Shown here: positions 1-12,200 of the stretch, in pieces | How positions within the stretch are numbered: the first letter of the stretch is position 1 | Layout of the letters: the number at the start of each line of letters is the position of its first letter | NCBI GenBank assembly: GCA_001643675.2 | Contig: LSRY02000002.1 | Location: forward strand, 1,860,001-1,924,000 | From: Monocercomonoides exilis PA203 | Lineage: Eukaryota; Protista; Preaxostyla | DNA: 64,000 nucleotides | Direction: 5' to 3' | Made by a program: the position numbers and the translations under genes | Notes under the pieces: generated by a model | Told to the model about the DNA's origin: nothing | Databases searched by the model: none | Seen by the model: only the letters and a program-made list of their open reading frames with translations

Positions 1-922
1 CCCGTAAATGATTCTGTGGTAAATAAAATTTCACTTAATTTTATATTTATTATTCATTTTCAACAAATCATAACATTTCATATTTCAATCCAGTTTTTAT
101 TTTTAATTGTAAAGTTTTGTCGGAATAAAGGAAAATTGCTCAATATCACTTGTTTAACATTGTACTGAAAGAAGTTAAATGATTGAATACAATGGTCATG
201 CTTTTGACATTCAAAGTTGCTTGTAATTGTGATTTAAGAAAACGAAGAAAAAATGTAACCTTTCGTCAATGACAGATTGCCACATCACGTGTTTCAACAA
301 TATTATTAACAATAATTTTAACACTTTAAAATCACTTCTTGACTGTTCACTTGCTTTTTAAAAATTATTATTTGTTTCAAGCAAGAGATTATTACTTCAA
401 CGACTTCTGAAGGGAAAACAACTTCAAATATTCAGGAATAAAACACATATCATTTTTGCAAATGCCTTCAACCAATCATTGAAACTTTTCGAGTTTAATT
501 TTGAATCACAAATTCAATTCTTTACCTTTGTGTTCAAATAATTAAAATTTCAATTGACAATTTTCTGAAAATAATAACAATAACAACAATAATTTCTATT
601 TGGCAAATGCTTGTGTTGAATATTAAAAATTTCAAAATCAAAAATTTCCAATTGCAAAACATAGAAAATGGTTATAAAAACTAACGCACTTGAGTTCTTC
701 AAATTTTTTGAATGAGGCAAAAAATTGAAAAAGCGTAAAAAAGATAAATATCGCAACCAAGAAACCAAACGTAATGTGATATAATTTAGAAAAAAGGTAA
801 CTTGTGATATCCCTACCCAAATATTAATAAATGAATGCAATAACTCATTGATGCGATATAATAATTCTCAAAAATCATATTTGAAGGCTTGACCTTGCAT
901 TAATCTTAAAATACTCTCAAAA

Positions 923-1330
923 TCAGTGCCTCATTTGTCGTATTTCCCCCAATAAAATCTCCGGGAACATATCACAATTTTTGCGGCAACATTCCGCGCA
1001 AAATCGCTTTGAGAAAAACAAACTACATTTGGAATCAGCACAAACAGCACGAAAGCATGATGCACATTTCCCCCCAACGCATATAGAATGCGAGCATGTT
1101 GTAAAAGGATCGATAATCATATAAGCATCTTCTAAAAAAGCCATCTTGCACAACAATATGAAAATAAATGTTTTTGTATTTCAAGTTATTCCATTAAAAG
1201 ACACAATATTAAATACCGTAGAAGTATGACATTTTGGTCCGTATGAATCGTAAGGAAAATTTAATTTGCATATGCAACAACTAAATATCTTTCGCCTCTC
1301 CAGTTTGATGTTTGGTGCCTTTTCCGACAT
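923..1330 (-). CDS. CDPF1: Cysteine-rich DPF motif domain-containing protein 1 (2 exons, intron ~1145-1216)
   Basis: Spliced product MSEK...FSCCICKLNFPYDSYG...MAFLEDAYMIIDPF...GGKCASCFRAVCADSKCSLFFSKRFCAEC...FPE matches the C6_DPF pattern (CxxC, DPF, CSLFY/FSKRFC). Confidence 0.9.
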
Positions 1331-1788
1331 CAACAAAATTTTAAATATTCTATTCTTCAAATTTAATATGAACAAACTTTAACATCTGGCTCCATGCTTA
1401 CGAGTATTAACGTTAAGATTCAGACAATTCACTCTCAAAAAATTGATTCATGGATCGTTACCAAAACAAAAATATTTCGAATAAACATTTAAGAAAATTG
1501 TTAGTAACAAGTATTTTTTCGTTTATCTTTTTCTTATGAATTAACTCAAAATATAAATTGCAGTCCCTATTCATAAAAAAAAAAAAAGAAAAGAAAAAAC
1601 AGTAAAATAAGAAGTGAATCTCATTTTTGAAAATTGTTAAACTCACATTTGACTATCTTCACTTTCAACTCAAGAAATAAAATAAATACAGTGAACTTCA
1701 ATTTGACGTATCAGACAAAATTGGTTGATTAAGTTAATTATGTATGATATGTGATCATTATCGGTTTATATCAAAATTTACAGAGCTT

Positions 1789-2555
1789 ATGATTGTAAGA
1801 AAAATATTATTTTCATTTCTAATTGCTATTGTTGGAGGATATCAATTGTGGAAGTCCATAAATCATTATATTCATCCAGCAAACATCGAGCTTTTATACC
1901 ATCCAAAGTTTCTATTTTTATTGAGTTAATTATCATTATATATTCTTTAAAAGTACAAAACAACAACATGATATTTACGGCGCATTTGCTCAATATTATT
2001 CATTATTAAATATTATCATTTCAGCTCTCTCATTAACTTCAATCGTTTTTGGTATATTGACATTTATAAAACGATAATTGTAATTTTTTATTAAAAATTT
2101 TTTAAATAGCATGGAAGAACAACGCGTTTCTTGTGTGCATTTGCATCTCTGAAACTCTTTTGTGGATGATCTCTCTCTTTTATCTTAAAGATAATAACTT
2201 TTCTCAGGTTAATTTTTGAACCCTTTTATTATTGTTTTTAATGCTCTTTTAAATTTAGCTCATGACTACTCCTAAAGATTCGTTTATAATGATGATTTTA
2301 TCTCTCATAGCATCTCTCATAGCTATTTCGGTGGCAGTTTCTTCACATCGTCCAATCAAGAGGCACCTGAAGCATCAACATCTCAAACATCGTAAAACTG
2401 TAAGAAGTCATTCACAATCAACAAGTGAAATACGTTTTGAAGAGGATCAACAGGAAAATACGCAGATTCAGGATAAAGAATTTTCAAAAAAGAATAGGAC
2501 TCGTTCAAAAGATCAACTTCACACTTCAAAAGACAAAAAAACAAAAATTATATAG
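1789..2555 (+). CDS. Small 4-TM membrane protein with basic/His-rich C-terminal tail (4 exons); weak Erg28-like layout
   Basis: GT-AG splicing gives an open product MIVRKILFSFLIAIVGGYQLW...YSLLNIIISALSLTSIVFAWKNNAFLVCICISETLLWMISLFY...FIMMILSLIASLIAISVAV, with four hydrophobic segments. Confidence 0.6.
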
Positions 2556-2655
2556 AACATAACAGAATATTTATTATTAATAGCAAAAATACTTATTTAT
2601 TGGAATTTTTAAAAAATCATTTTTTTTTTGAAGTGGTGAAATGAAATCATGAAAG

Positions 2656-3143
2656 CTAATTTTCCAACTTTTCTGTGTATGGATTATCAATTTCTTCTGT
2701 GCCTTCAGTTGGATACGAGCATATTATCGATGTCCCACGGCATATGACAAGTCCAAGGTTTCTTGTCGAATCTTTTGGATTTTCTTCGGAAACATCTAAT
2801 CATTGTTTTTGCAAAAAATACATTAAAATTTATTACTCGTAATTATATACCTCTTGTAATCTCGATGCATTCATCAAGCACTAAATTATTGACGGTGTCA
2901 AATCCTTTTAATAATCCTTCAACTATAAGTGACGAAAAACGAAAATAAATGAAATATTGAACTGCTCGTTATCTAACCTTCTCTTCCTCCAGTAAGTTTA
3001 ACATGAATTCTTTTCTGAATTCAATCAATTTATCATTTTTTGAGATTTATCGTAATATGCACAAACATTGAGAATTTTTCATTTTTTAAAAATAAATTCC
3101 ATACATTTAACAAATGAGAAACGTCTTGCGGAGATCCTTGCAT
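2656..3143 (-). CDS. LSM7: U6 snRNA-associated Sm-like protein LSm7 (exons 3105-3143, 2978-3014, 2851-2922, 2656-2795; 95 aa)
   Basis: Not in the ORF track. Spliced product MQGSPQDVSHLLNKRIHVKLTGGREVEGLLKGFDTVNNLVLDECIE...TRNLGLVICRGTSIICSYPTEGTEEIDNPY has Sm1 and Sm2 motifs plus the LSm7-type LGLVxCRGTS and EEIxNP tail. Confidence 0.93.
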
Positions 3144-3951
3144 TGGTCACCTCAAATATAACGATGAAAAATTTATTAAAGATCAAATCTTATAATATGT
3201 TTTATTCTCGAAGTAAAAAAAGTTTTTTCAGACTAACTGAATTTAAAAAAGAGAAGTTTTTGTTTTTGTTGGAAAAAATCGTTGTTTATTTCTGGATTTG
3301 AAATAGCAATTATAATTCAAATACAAGAACTGCAAATGAATAACAGATGAATTATTCAACGTTTTTAAAAGAATAAAAAAAAAACGTATGAATTATTGTG
3401 TGTGACTCTCCGGTTCAAAACGTGAGCAGATGACTTTTCTTTTTGATGTTTTAGTAATTGGTGATAAAAAATAGAAATCGAATAATTATTAAGAACAATA
3501 TATAATAAATTCGAACTTCAGATAATATTTTCGAAACAATAAAAAGATTGGAAAATAAAAAAAAATGATATTTGCAATGTTCAAGAACGATGAAAAGAAC
3601 AAATATTATTCTCCATTTCTTTTCTCAACGTTTTCATATGATTTTTCTGTTTTTTAATTTTTTTTCAGAGATCTCTTTCTTCTCAAAAATTCCGTGTTTT
3701 CATCGTTATCAAACAAAGTCAACATCCATTTCACCTGTTGCATTATCCAAAAATATGATCAGTAACCACTCATAATAAAAATTAAATTTTCTGAAGCCTT
3801 TCATTAATTATAGTTTGGAGTCAATTTTCATTTGCAATTTGCTTCTGACTTATTAAAATGTGCGATGTAAATACCAGGGCTGCTGTGATTGTTAGAAGTA
3901 CGAAATAAAATTTTTATAACCTGATACTTTTTAAATGCTTTTCATTCGTTT

Positions 3952-5383
3952 TTGAAAGAGCTTTTAAGTGAAATAACTGCCAGCAATTCAAATGAACACG
4001 CAAGCCTCCTTAGAACCATTCACTCTTCAATCGAGACTTTACCGATACAAACTTTAACATTTTTGTGTAATGATGTGTTTTTTGGTCATTTATTACGAAT
4101 TGGAAAAAGTTCATTATCAAACGCCCAAACCTGTCTTGAATTCCTAAATGTCATAGAGGAACTTGCTTATCGTGGTGCTGTTTCTGTCTCAGTTACGAAC
4201 GTAAATCGATTCGGAAATTTGTCATTCATATCTGGAATTACAACCTTCTTAAAAGAATCTTTTTTGAAAAACAAAAAATTTGTCAAAAACAATTATGATG
4301 TTTTTGAGAGGAGATCAGTTAAAGAACAATTTGCTGCAACATTGGCTTATTCAATGATGATGAAATGTTCATCTCTAAAAGAAAAAACTTTAAATAATAT
4401 TTCCCAAGCTCTTTTACCTTTCCTCAAAAGATGTACAGAAGATTGCACTCGACGTTTCTATTTTGAGAAAATTTGTGTTGCCTTTTCTTGCATTTTTTCG
4501 CAACTTGGTTTGTAAATATTATTATATCCTTTGCATTGACTTGATTTAATGTATATTTATTTTTTTTCAAATTTTAAATGAAGATTCAAACGTGGAATTT
4601 AATAAGAAAGAGCTTGAAGATTTTATGATATCAATTGTTTCAAAGAGTATCTTTGAAAGTTCCATTCCCCTATTTTATGTTTTTCTTGCACTATGTGGAA
4701 TGAAATCATGGAAGAAAAACGAGATTTTGCAACTTCACAATAAGTTTGATATTATGAAAGTGTTCGTTGATTTATTCGATGAAGTGAAAGATACATATTT
4801 TGAATCGAATTGTATTAACGAAAAAACAACAAAAGAGAAAAAATTACAGATTTACAACTTGAATATTGCCAAACAAGAACAACAAAGAAATATTGTTGAA
4901 AATGCTCTTCAAGTTCTTTCGATGTTGGTAAATGAAAAAGAAGAGATTTCTTCTATATTTGTGAGTGATAAAGCGCTTGTTTCCCATGTAATTGACTTGA
5001 CTTCTTCTCCAACTCGAATCTATCGGCAGTTTTCAATATTAACCATTCAGCAAGTTTTTGAAATAGCAGTTGCAAAGGACATTGAAAAATTGATGAAAAT
5101 TGGTGGACTGATGGCTATTTTAAGCAGATTCACTTCAAAAGACGAATGTGATAAAGGAGTTCTTCGAGATGCGTGCGATGCCTTGGGCAGACTCTTTGAG
5201 CGACTGAGAAACATCATTACGGAAGATACTTGTTCGAAACTGTGGGAGCAGTTGCTGTATGAGGGATTTGAGATGTTGGAAGATTATGGATTCTTTGATG
5301 TATTACTTTCTTTTGTCTGCCATCAAGATTGGAATGTTTCAAACAAGACAATAGCTCTTTTTAATGTTCTTAAACTTTTGTAA
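3952..5383 (+). CDS. ARM/HEAT-like helical repeat protein (5' exons unresolved; intron 4508-4582)
   Basis: Two ORFs joined by a G|GTTTG...AG phase-1 intron. Helical composition; the C-terminus (LEDYGFFDVLLSFVCHQDWNVSNKTIALF) resembles the last ARM repeat of importin-alpha-like proteins. Confidence 0.55.
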
Positions 5384-6155
5384 TTTCATTTATTATTTAA
5401 TTTTAAAAAACAAGTTTTCGTTCTTTCTTTTATTTCCTTTAAAAACCAAAAAAAATTTTTTTCCTTTTAATTTTTTAAAAGAGGGATAAACACATTTCAT
5501 CTGAGTTATTTTTTTGACACTTGCATTTTATTTTTTTTTTAAAATTTTGTGCTTTTTCATATTTTTGAGTTGTTTTTTATGTATCTTCGCTTTTAAAGTC
5601 AATATTTGGAATTTTTATGTGCAACATTTAATCCTTAATGTTTGATTAAAAATTTCAGAAAATTGCAAAATGTGTTGATTTCATTCAATTAACAATCATG
5701 AACCAGTATATTATTCTTTATTCTTTACATTAAACATTGGAGATAACGGAAAGAACTCTTTGATTGAAATAATAAACGAGTTATACATATGAAAAACCAA
5801 AAAATACCAACCCAACACAACAATTTTCATTTTTAAGTGATAATCATTTTTTGATTAGTAAATCGTATTTCATTAATTTGAATAATCAAAATATTCATTT
5901 TTCAAGAAGATTTACAAACACTTGCCATATGGTCCAATGATTTAATTTCTTCCTTTTCAACCACAAAAATTTAAAGTCTGAATTATTAACATTTCTCAAC
6001 CCTATGAATTTTGAAAAAAAAAAAACTAAAATTTAATTTCTTTTAAGCAATTCAACAACGTGTTAAATTCAATGGAGAGATAAAAAGAATGATTTCTTTA
6101 TTTATGCTTCAAAGAATAAATACAAGACTTGAAAAATACTTCCAAAAACGCATTT

Positions 6156-6727
6156 TTATATCTTTGAAGGAGTAACTGCTTCAATCATTTCTCGTCGAAT
6201 TTTGTGACGCCCTTCATTCAATGGTTCAGTTGTCAGAAATACAGATACAGCATCTTTTGCAACTTCAAGTCCAATTATTCGCGCTCCCAATGACAAAACA
6301 TTGGCATCATTATGCTAAAATTATTCATATTCGAAAAAAATATTCAAAGCACAAAACATCAAACTTCTCTACAAAGACGAGCAGTTGTTGCATCATGGCA
6401 CAAAGCACATCGAACTCCTTGTATTTTATTTGCTGCAATACTTATGCCGATTCCAGTTCCACAAATAACAATTCCTTTGCATTTGTTTTCAACAACTGCT
6501 TGACCAACCTTGTGTCCGAATATAGGGTAATCAACAGAATCTGTTGAAGATGTCCCAACATCAATTACTTCATATTGGTGAAATCGGTCTTTGATAAAAG
6601 AAATAAGAGCTTGCTTCATTTCATATCCAGCTAACAAACGCGTTCAATAAAAATATAACACATGCTTTATATCAAAATATAAATTCAAACCATGGTCGCT
6701 TCCAATTATCAATTTTTCTGTTGACAT
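6156..6727 (-). CDS. rpiB: Ribose-5-phosphate isomerase B (3 exons)
   Basis: Spliced product has IIGSDHAG, SVDYP, ICGTGIGISIAANKIQGVRCALC, HNDANVLSLGARIIG and EGRH motifs. Confidence 0.96.
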
Positions 6728-6915
6728 TAATGAAAATATCAAACTGTTATTGAGAAATAGTAATTAAAATTCCCATATTTTTTTGTTCAGTTTACAAAAG
6801 TAATTTTTCGTAATTTGAAATGAGTATTGCTATTAGCAACAGAATGTTATTCATGGAATCCTTTTATTTTTGAAAAGCAAATCATTTTTGTTGGCTCTTT
6901 TTTGAATTTCTTTTT

Positions 6916-9026
6916 TCACTCAACCTTCATCTCGGAAATTGCTTTATCTTTCTCCTTTTCGTCATCATCATAAAATACAGAGACATCTTGACTCATTTTC
7001 CATACTTGAATTGTATTATCAGCATCTACAGATGCCATCATCCATTCGGTTTCTTTCTTTCTCTTTCTGTCTTCTCTTTCTTCATCATCAATGCTTCTCA
7101 TTTCTCTTAAGTCTTCTTTCTCTTTTTCTTCTTCTTCTTCTCTCTTCTTTCGCTCCAAATCTGACTCAACCCATTCACAATTCCCACTTTTGCTCCATGC
7201 AATATCTGTAACTTCTGAAGTATGTCCTCTATGCTCGAAAAATACCTGAAATAAATTACATGTTTTTTAAAAGGAAAAATTTAAAATAAAATAAAATAAA
7301 ATAAAATAAAATAAAAAGCAAATAAACCTCTGGAGGAGCATCGTTCATATCTTCTGAAAAAACGATTTCCTCTCCGATGAGTCGAAGATCCCACAGAACG
7401 ACACGGCCATCAAGTCCACAGGATGCAAATACTGTTGTCGATGCACTTTGCAAACTTGAAGAAGAAGATTGACATGCAGATGACGATGAAGTGGATGAAG
7501 ATGGCGTGTTGATCACTTAAAAATAAAATAAAATTAAACAAAAGATGAAACAAAAAAATAATCTGAATGAAAAAAGCAATGAAAATTCCAATGATAAGCA
7601 AACTTGAATCAAGTTTTGGCCCCTTCACATCCTTGTCAAAAGGAGCCCATGCAACCTGATTGACTCTTTCAGAATGCTGAACAAATGTGTGAAGAGACTT
7701 TTTCGGATTGCGTATGTCCCACAACAACACAGTTCCTCTTTCTCCTCCAGTGAGCATCAAATGCCCAACTCCTGGTGTTGGATTAAAAGATATGCAGATC
7801 ATTCCTTCGCGCTCTCCAACGTTTCTAATTTCATTTGTTGCTCCTGTTGTCGCAGGCACAACGATCGCAATAGGTTGGCTCCAGCACTTCACAACGGCTT
7901 CTCCACCAACTCTGTTGTCAAACAACAAAGCAGATCCATCATCGCACGCACACCCAAACAAATACTGCGTTTCGCTGTGCCATTCACAACTGTTTATTGG
8001 AGAAGGAGCACGGAATGTTGTTGTAGGCTGAATTGACGAAGTTTCGGTTGATCCCAACGAGAAAATAGAAGACATTGAAGTGACTGGGCCTTCAGCAACG
8101 TTCCACATACATGCTTTCCCATCTACAGATGCTGCAATAACTTGCCCTTTATTGTGCACATTCCAATCAAGACCATAACCTTCTTTTTCCAAGCCTTTCA
8201 GCTTTAATCCAAATCTTGGAGCATCTCTATCATTTGTGAAAGATTGGTACACTTTGCTCATATCCGCAACTACTACATCACCTGTTGAAATATATGATGC
8301 AACGAACTTTGGATTTTGAGGCATATATCGTGCGCGATTAACATCTCCATCAAAAAAGATGTATCTAGTGGGTTGAATTCGACTTTTTTCTTGAGGTGGA
8401 TTTTCTTTTTGTTCCTTCCCCGGAAAAGAAAAGAAAAGAAAGAAAGACAAAAGAAAGAAAAAAGAAAAGAAAATTGAAAGAATAAGAAAGAATAAGCGAA
8501 ATTTAAAAATAAAAAATCAACAACAAAACAAAAACAAAAAATAGTTATCTAACTGTCATTTGTTGCGATTTTTTATCAATTTCTTCCGACATATTACTCC
8601 CTTTCGCAATTGATGTTGTTGCGATGTATGTATAATCTAATTCTGGAAGATCATCTTTAGTTTCACCACTTGATGAAGATGATGTCAAATTTGAAGAATC
8701 CATTTGTTCATCATTCTTTTTGACTGCAGATGCCTCTTCATCTTTTGCAACTTGTGTTCCCAATAATAATTGGTACTTCAAATAATTTTTAGTGTTTCTT
8801 TATAATAATAGATCATTATATGTTGTTTAATATATAAAACGTTTGCATTTAATCATTTGATCAATAAATCAGCAAAACAAAAAAATACAAACACAACTCC
8901 AGGGAAAAATTGAACTGTCTGAGAAGGCCAAATGACTCTCTTCGAAATAATAACATCATATAATACAGGCACATGCATCAACCAATTTTCTCTTTCTTCC
9001 TCAGCTGTCAATTCCTCTTCTTCCAT
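6916..9026 (-). CDS. RBBP4: Histone-binding WD40 protein RBBP4/MSI1/CAF-1 p48 family (5 exons)
   Basis: N-terminal W..HVPVLYD...WPSQTVQF, then DGDVNRARYMPQNP, EGYGLDWN, LWDIRN, DAPPEVFFEHRGHTSEVTDIAWS and SVDADNTIQVWKM. Confidence 0.93.
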
Positions 9027-9206
9027 TTTTTAATTCAATCGAAATAATTTTGTAATGGGGTTTGTGTTTATTTGTCGAAAATGAAGAAAACTTTGTTGTT
9101 AATAGAACAATTAAGCTTAACATTCGTGTTAAAGAAAAGAATAATTTAATAATGTTTATCACATATAATTTTGATCTTAAAATTTTGTTCATTCGCTTTT
9201 GAAGGT

Positions 9207-12200
9207 ATGCAGAAAAATTCGGACCCCGAAAAAGAAAGTAGTCTTTCAAATTCCAATGAAACTAAGCAAAACGCATCTGATATTGATCCACTTCAGATAA
9301 CATACGACACAATGCTGGATCAAAGTAAACGGAAAACTTTTCCAAACATACATCCTTTTAATCCTCTCTATATTGGTGGCATTGATTACGATGGAAGGAG
9401 GATTATTGTGATTAATGCGCATAGCATAAATTCACAAGCCTTAACAACTGATTTGCTTCAATATTTTGTGAACAAAATGCATAAAGTGGTTTGTAAAAGC
9501 AAAATGATCATAAATTAAAGCAAATGCGTCACTCATGGAAACATTTATGATATTTTTTTAAATTCAGGTACAATCTCCATTTGTTGTCGTTGTGACGTGC
9601 TTTTTTGAGAGAGCAAATTTCGAACTTCCGTCTACAACCATTCTCTCTATGTATAAAAAGCTTCCCAGAGCTGTGTGTTGTTTTCAATTTTGACTTTGCG
9701 ATTTTATTATAATAACTTTTCATCGAGCAGTACAAGAAGAATCTGAAGCAAATGTTCATTTTAGGAGCGTCCCGCTCTTTAAAAGCTTTGTTTTTTTTTA
9801 TGAAGCCATTTGTCTCAGAAAAGTTTTGGATAAAAGTTCATTACCTTGATGAAATCTCTGACCTTGATGCTTTTATGGATCCACTTCAAGTGCAACTTCC
9901 TGCATGCTTATTTAGAACTTCCAAGCCAAAAGATGAAATCCCAACTTCTTATACACGATTCAAAATCCCACAGCTTATTCATCAAGAAACGTCTGGTGTT
10001 GCACCTATTGATGCAGTGCCATATTATTTATTGAATTTGATGGCTTTTATGGTTCAATCAAATAGTATGCCACAGTATTTTATTTGAACAAAATTTGAAG
10101 AAAATTTTTGTTTCACAATTCTTTCCCTCAACGAAAAATCTTATACAAGTGCTGTCTTCCCCTGAAGTCTTCTGTTCTCCTCAGCCCCAATCCATTTCAC
10201 AAGCATTATTGGCAAGGATGGTTGAAGCATTGACAATAGGCTTGCCTTTCATTACTGAAGCAATTTTTCATATTGAATTCTTTTCTGATCGATTGCTTTT
10301 CTTTTCGTGCTCTGTTTTTATTATTATTTGCAATTTATTGTGAAATAAAACAAATCATAATATTCATTTTCCTGCTGTCACTGTTGAATCATCACAGATC
10401 CGCTGCGGAAGCTTCCATCTGATCTTTCTCCCCCTGCGATTGTTGCTTTGTTCACATTCTTTCTAACTCACCTGGTCTTTTCTCAAACAGCTTCCTCAGC
10501 CTCATCTTCAGCCACAGCCAGTTCTTCTTCTTCTTCTTCGAGCTCTTCTTCTTCACAAGGCTTAACACTCTTCGCTTCTCTTTGGAATACCAGTGCAAAT
10601 GTGATTGTTCCTTTGCTGCCCACAAATGTAGCTATGCAGCTGCTGAATCTTTTCTGGCTGAGAGGAATAAGATCAGCACAACTGCACAAGTTGGAGAACA
10701 TTCTGAATGAAGAAGAAAATGTTGCTTCTGAAAAACAGGAGAAAACGGAGCCAGCCAATAAAACTGATCAAAACAGTGAAATAGCTGCAGTTGTTGAAGA
10801 AGAGAAGCCCAAAGAACAAGAAGACAAACAAGAAATGAGCAAAATAGGAGAAACAAAGCAGCTTTATGTGAAGCTTCAGGAAGAGGAAAAAACAAGTGCA
10901 GAAAGCTCAACTTCTGCTGAGTTCAACTTGTCTGTTCTGTCAGCCATTCAGCTTCTGCCGTCGTATCTGCTGGGCACACTGCAAATGGTGATTGTTTTGC
11001 TTCACAAATTGGCTACTGCAAAATCATCAGCTTCTTCTTCTTCTGCTTCAGCTTCTTCTTCCTCCTCAACTACAGAAGCATCTGCTCAGCCAACAGCATC
11101 CAAATGTGCTGAAGAAGAGATCCACACATCAGAACACAGCAAAGCCACTGAATCCAACGGAGGGTGTGCAGAAGTGTCTGGAAAGACGCTGACTCTTCTG
11201 AGTGATGTTTATTCGCGTCTGCTGTTTCCTTCTTGCTCTTCTCTGCTTTCTGCAATTGAGAAGCGAGTGAAAGAAGACGAGACAGCAGAAAAGAAAAGAG
11301 CCAAAAAGGAAGAGGAAGAAGAGAAAGCTGCACTCAAAGCAAAGGCAAAGGAGCTTCAGAAGAAGAAGAAGAAGAAAGAAGAGGAAGAATCCAAAGAAGA
11401 GAAAGAAGATGCTTCTCTTCCGCCGATTTTGGGAAGAGGAAGAACAGCCAGTTCATCTGCCTCTTCTTCTTCTTCTTCTCTTTCCTCTTCGTCCTCTTCA
11501 TCAACCTCAGCTTCATCCAGCCAGCAGAAGACACAGCCAAAAGTGAAGTATTCTTCATTCTATGACTCTGTTCACCCAACTTCTGCCTCATTTCTGAATC
11601 AAACAGAAACTAATGCCCAGCCAAAGTTAGCAGAATTGTTCAGCCAAAAAGCGATCTTATCAGAAGAGGTGGTGCATGAGACACTGGCAATAGCTTTGTC
11701 TCATATCATAACACAGTGGGAGAATCTGAGGCATATTGCGTCTGTGTCAACTGGAACGGTTTGCTTTATTTTTTATTCGGAAAATAATAATGGTAATAAT
11801 TATAACATTTTATTGTTAATTGTAATGAAATCAATTTGATTGAATATATATATAAATGTTTATATTTCCCTCTATTTTCCCATGCAAATGCACATCTCAA
11901 CCAGAGTGGAGTGTTTCCATCGCCTATTGAGCTCAGCACACTCCCCTTGGCTCTTGAGCATCTGCGCACATTGTACAGATTGAGAAGGCCTCTGCAATCT
12001 CTTCCCCTTTCAATTCCATTCGTTCCTATTTCGCCTTCGTCTCCTTTTGCTTCTGTTGTGTCTACAATATCCTCTCCTGCGTCGAAGGACGAGCCTTATA
12101 GTTTGTGTTGAAATATTTGGTTTTTTTTAATATAGAAGCTGTTTTATTGCTTTTTCTTTTCTTTAATTTAAAATCACTTTCAAAACAAATATCTTTTGTA

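Noticed and set aside
1-900. Possible exons, and ORFs 550-840 and 638-820
   Set aside because: I could not assemble a consistent spliced frame, and the translations look like AT-rich noise.
7282-7316. (TAAAA)n tract
   Set aside because: A simple repeat inside an RBBP4 intron.
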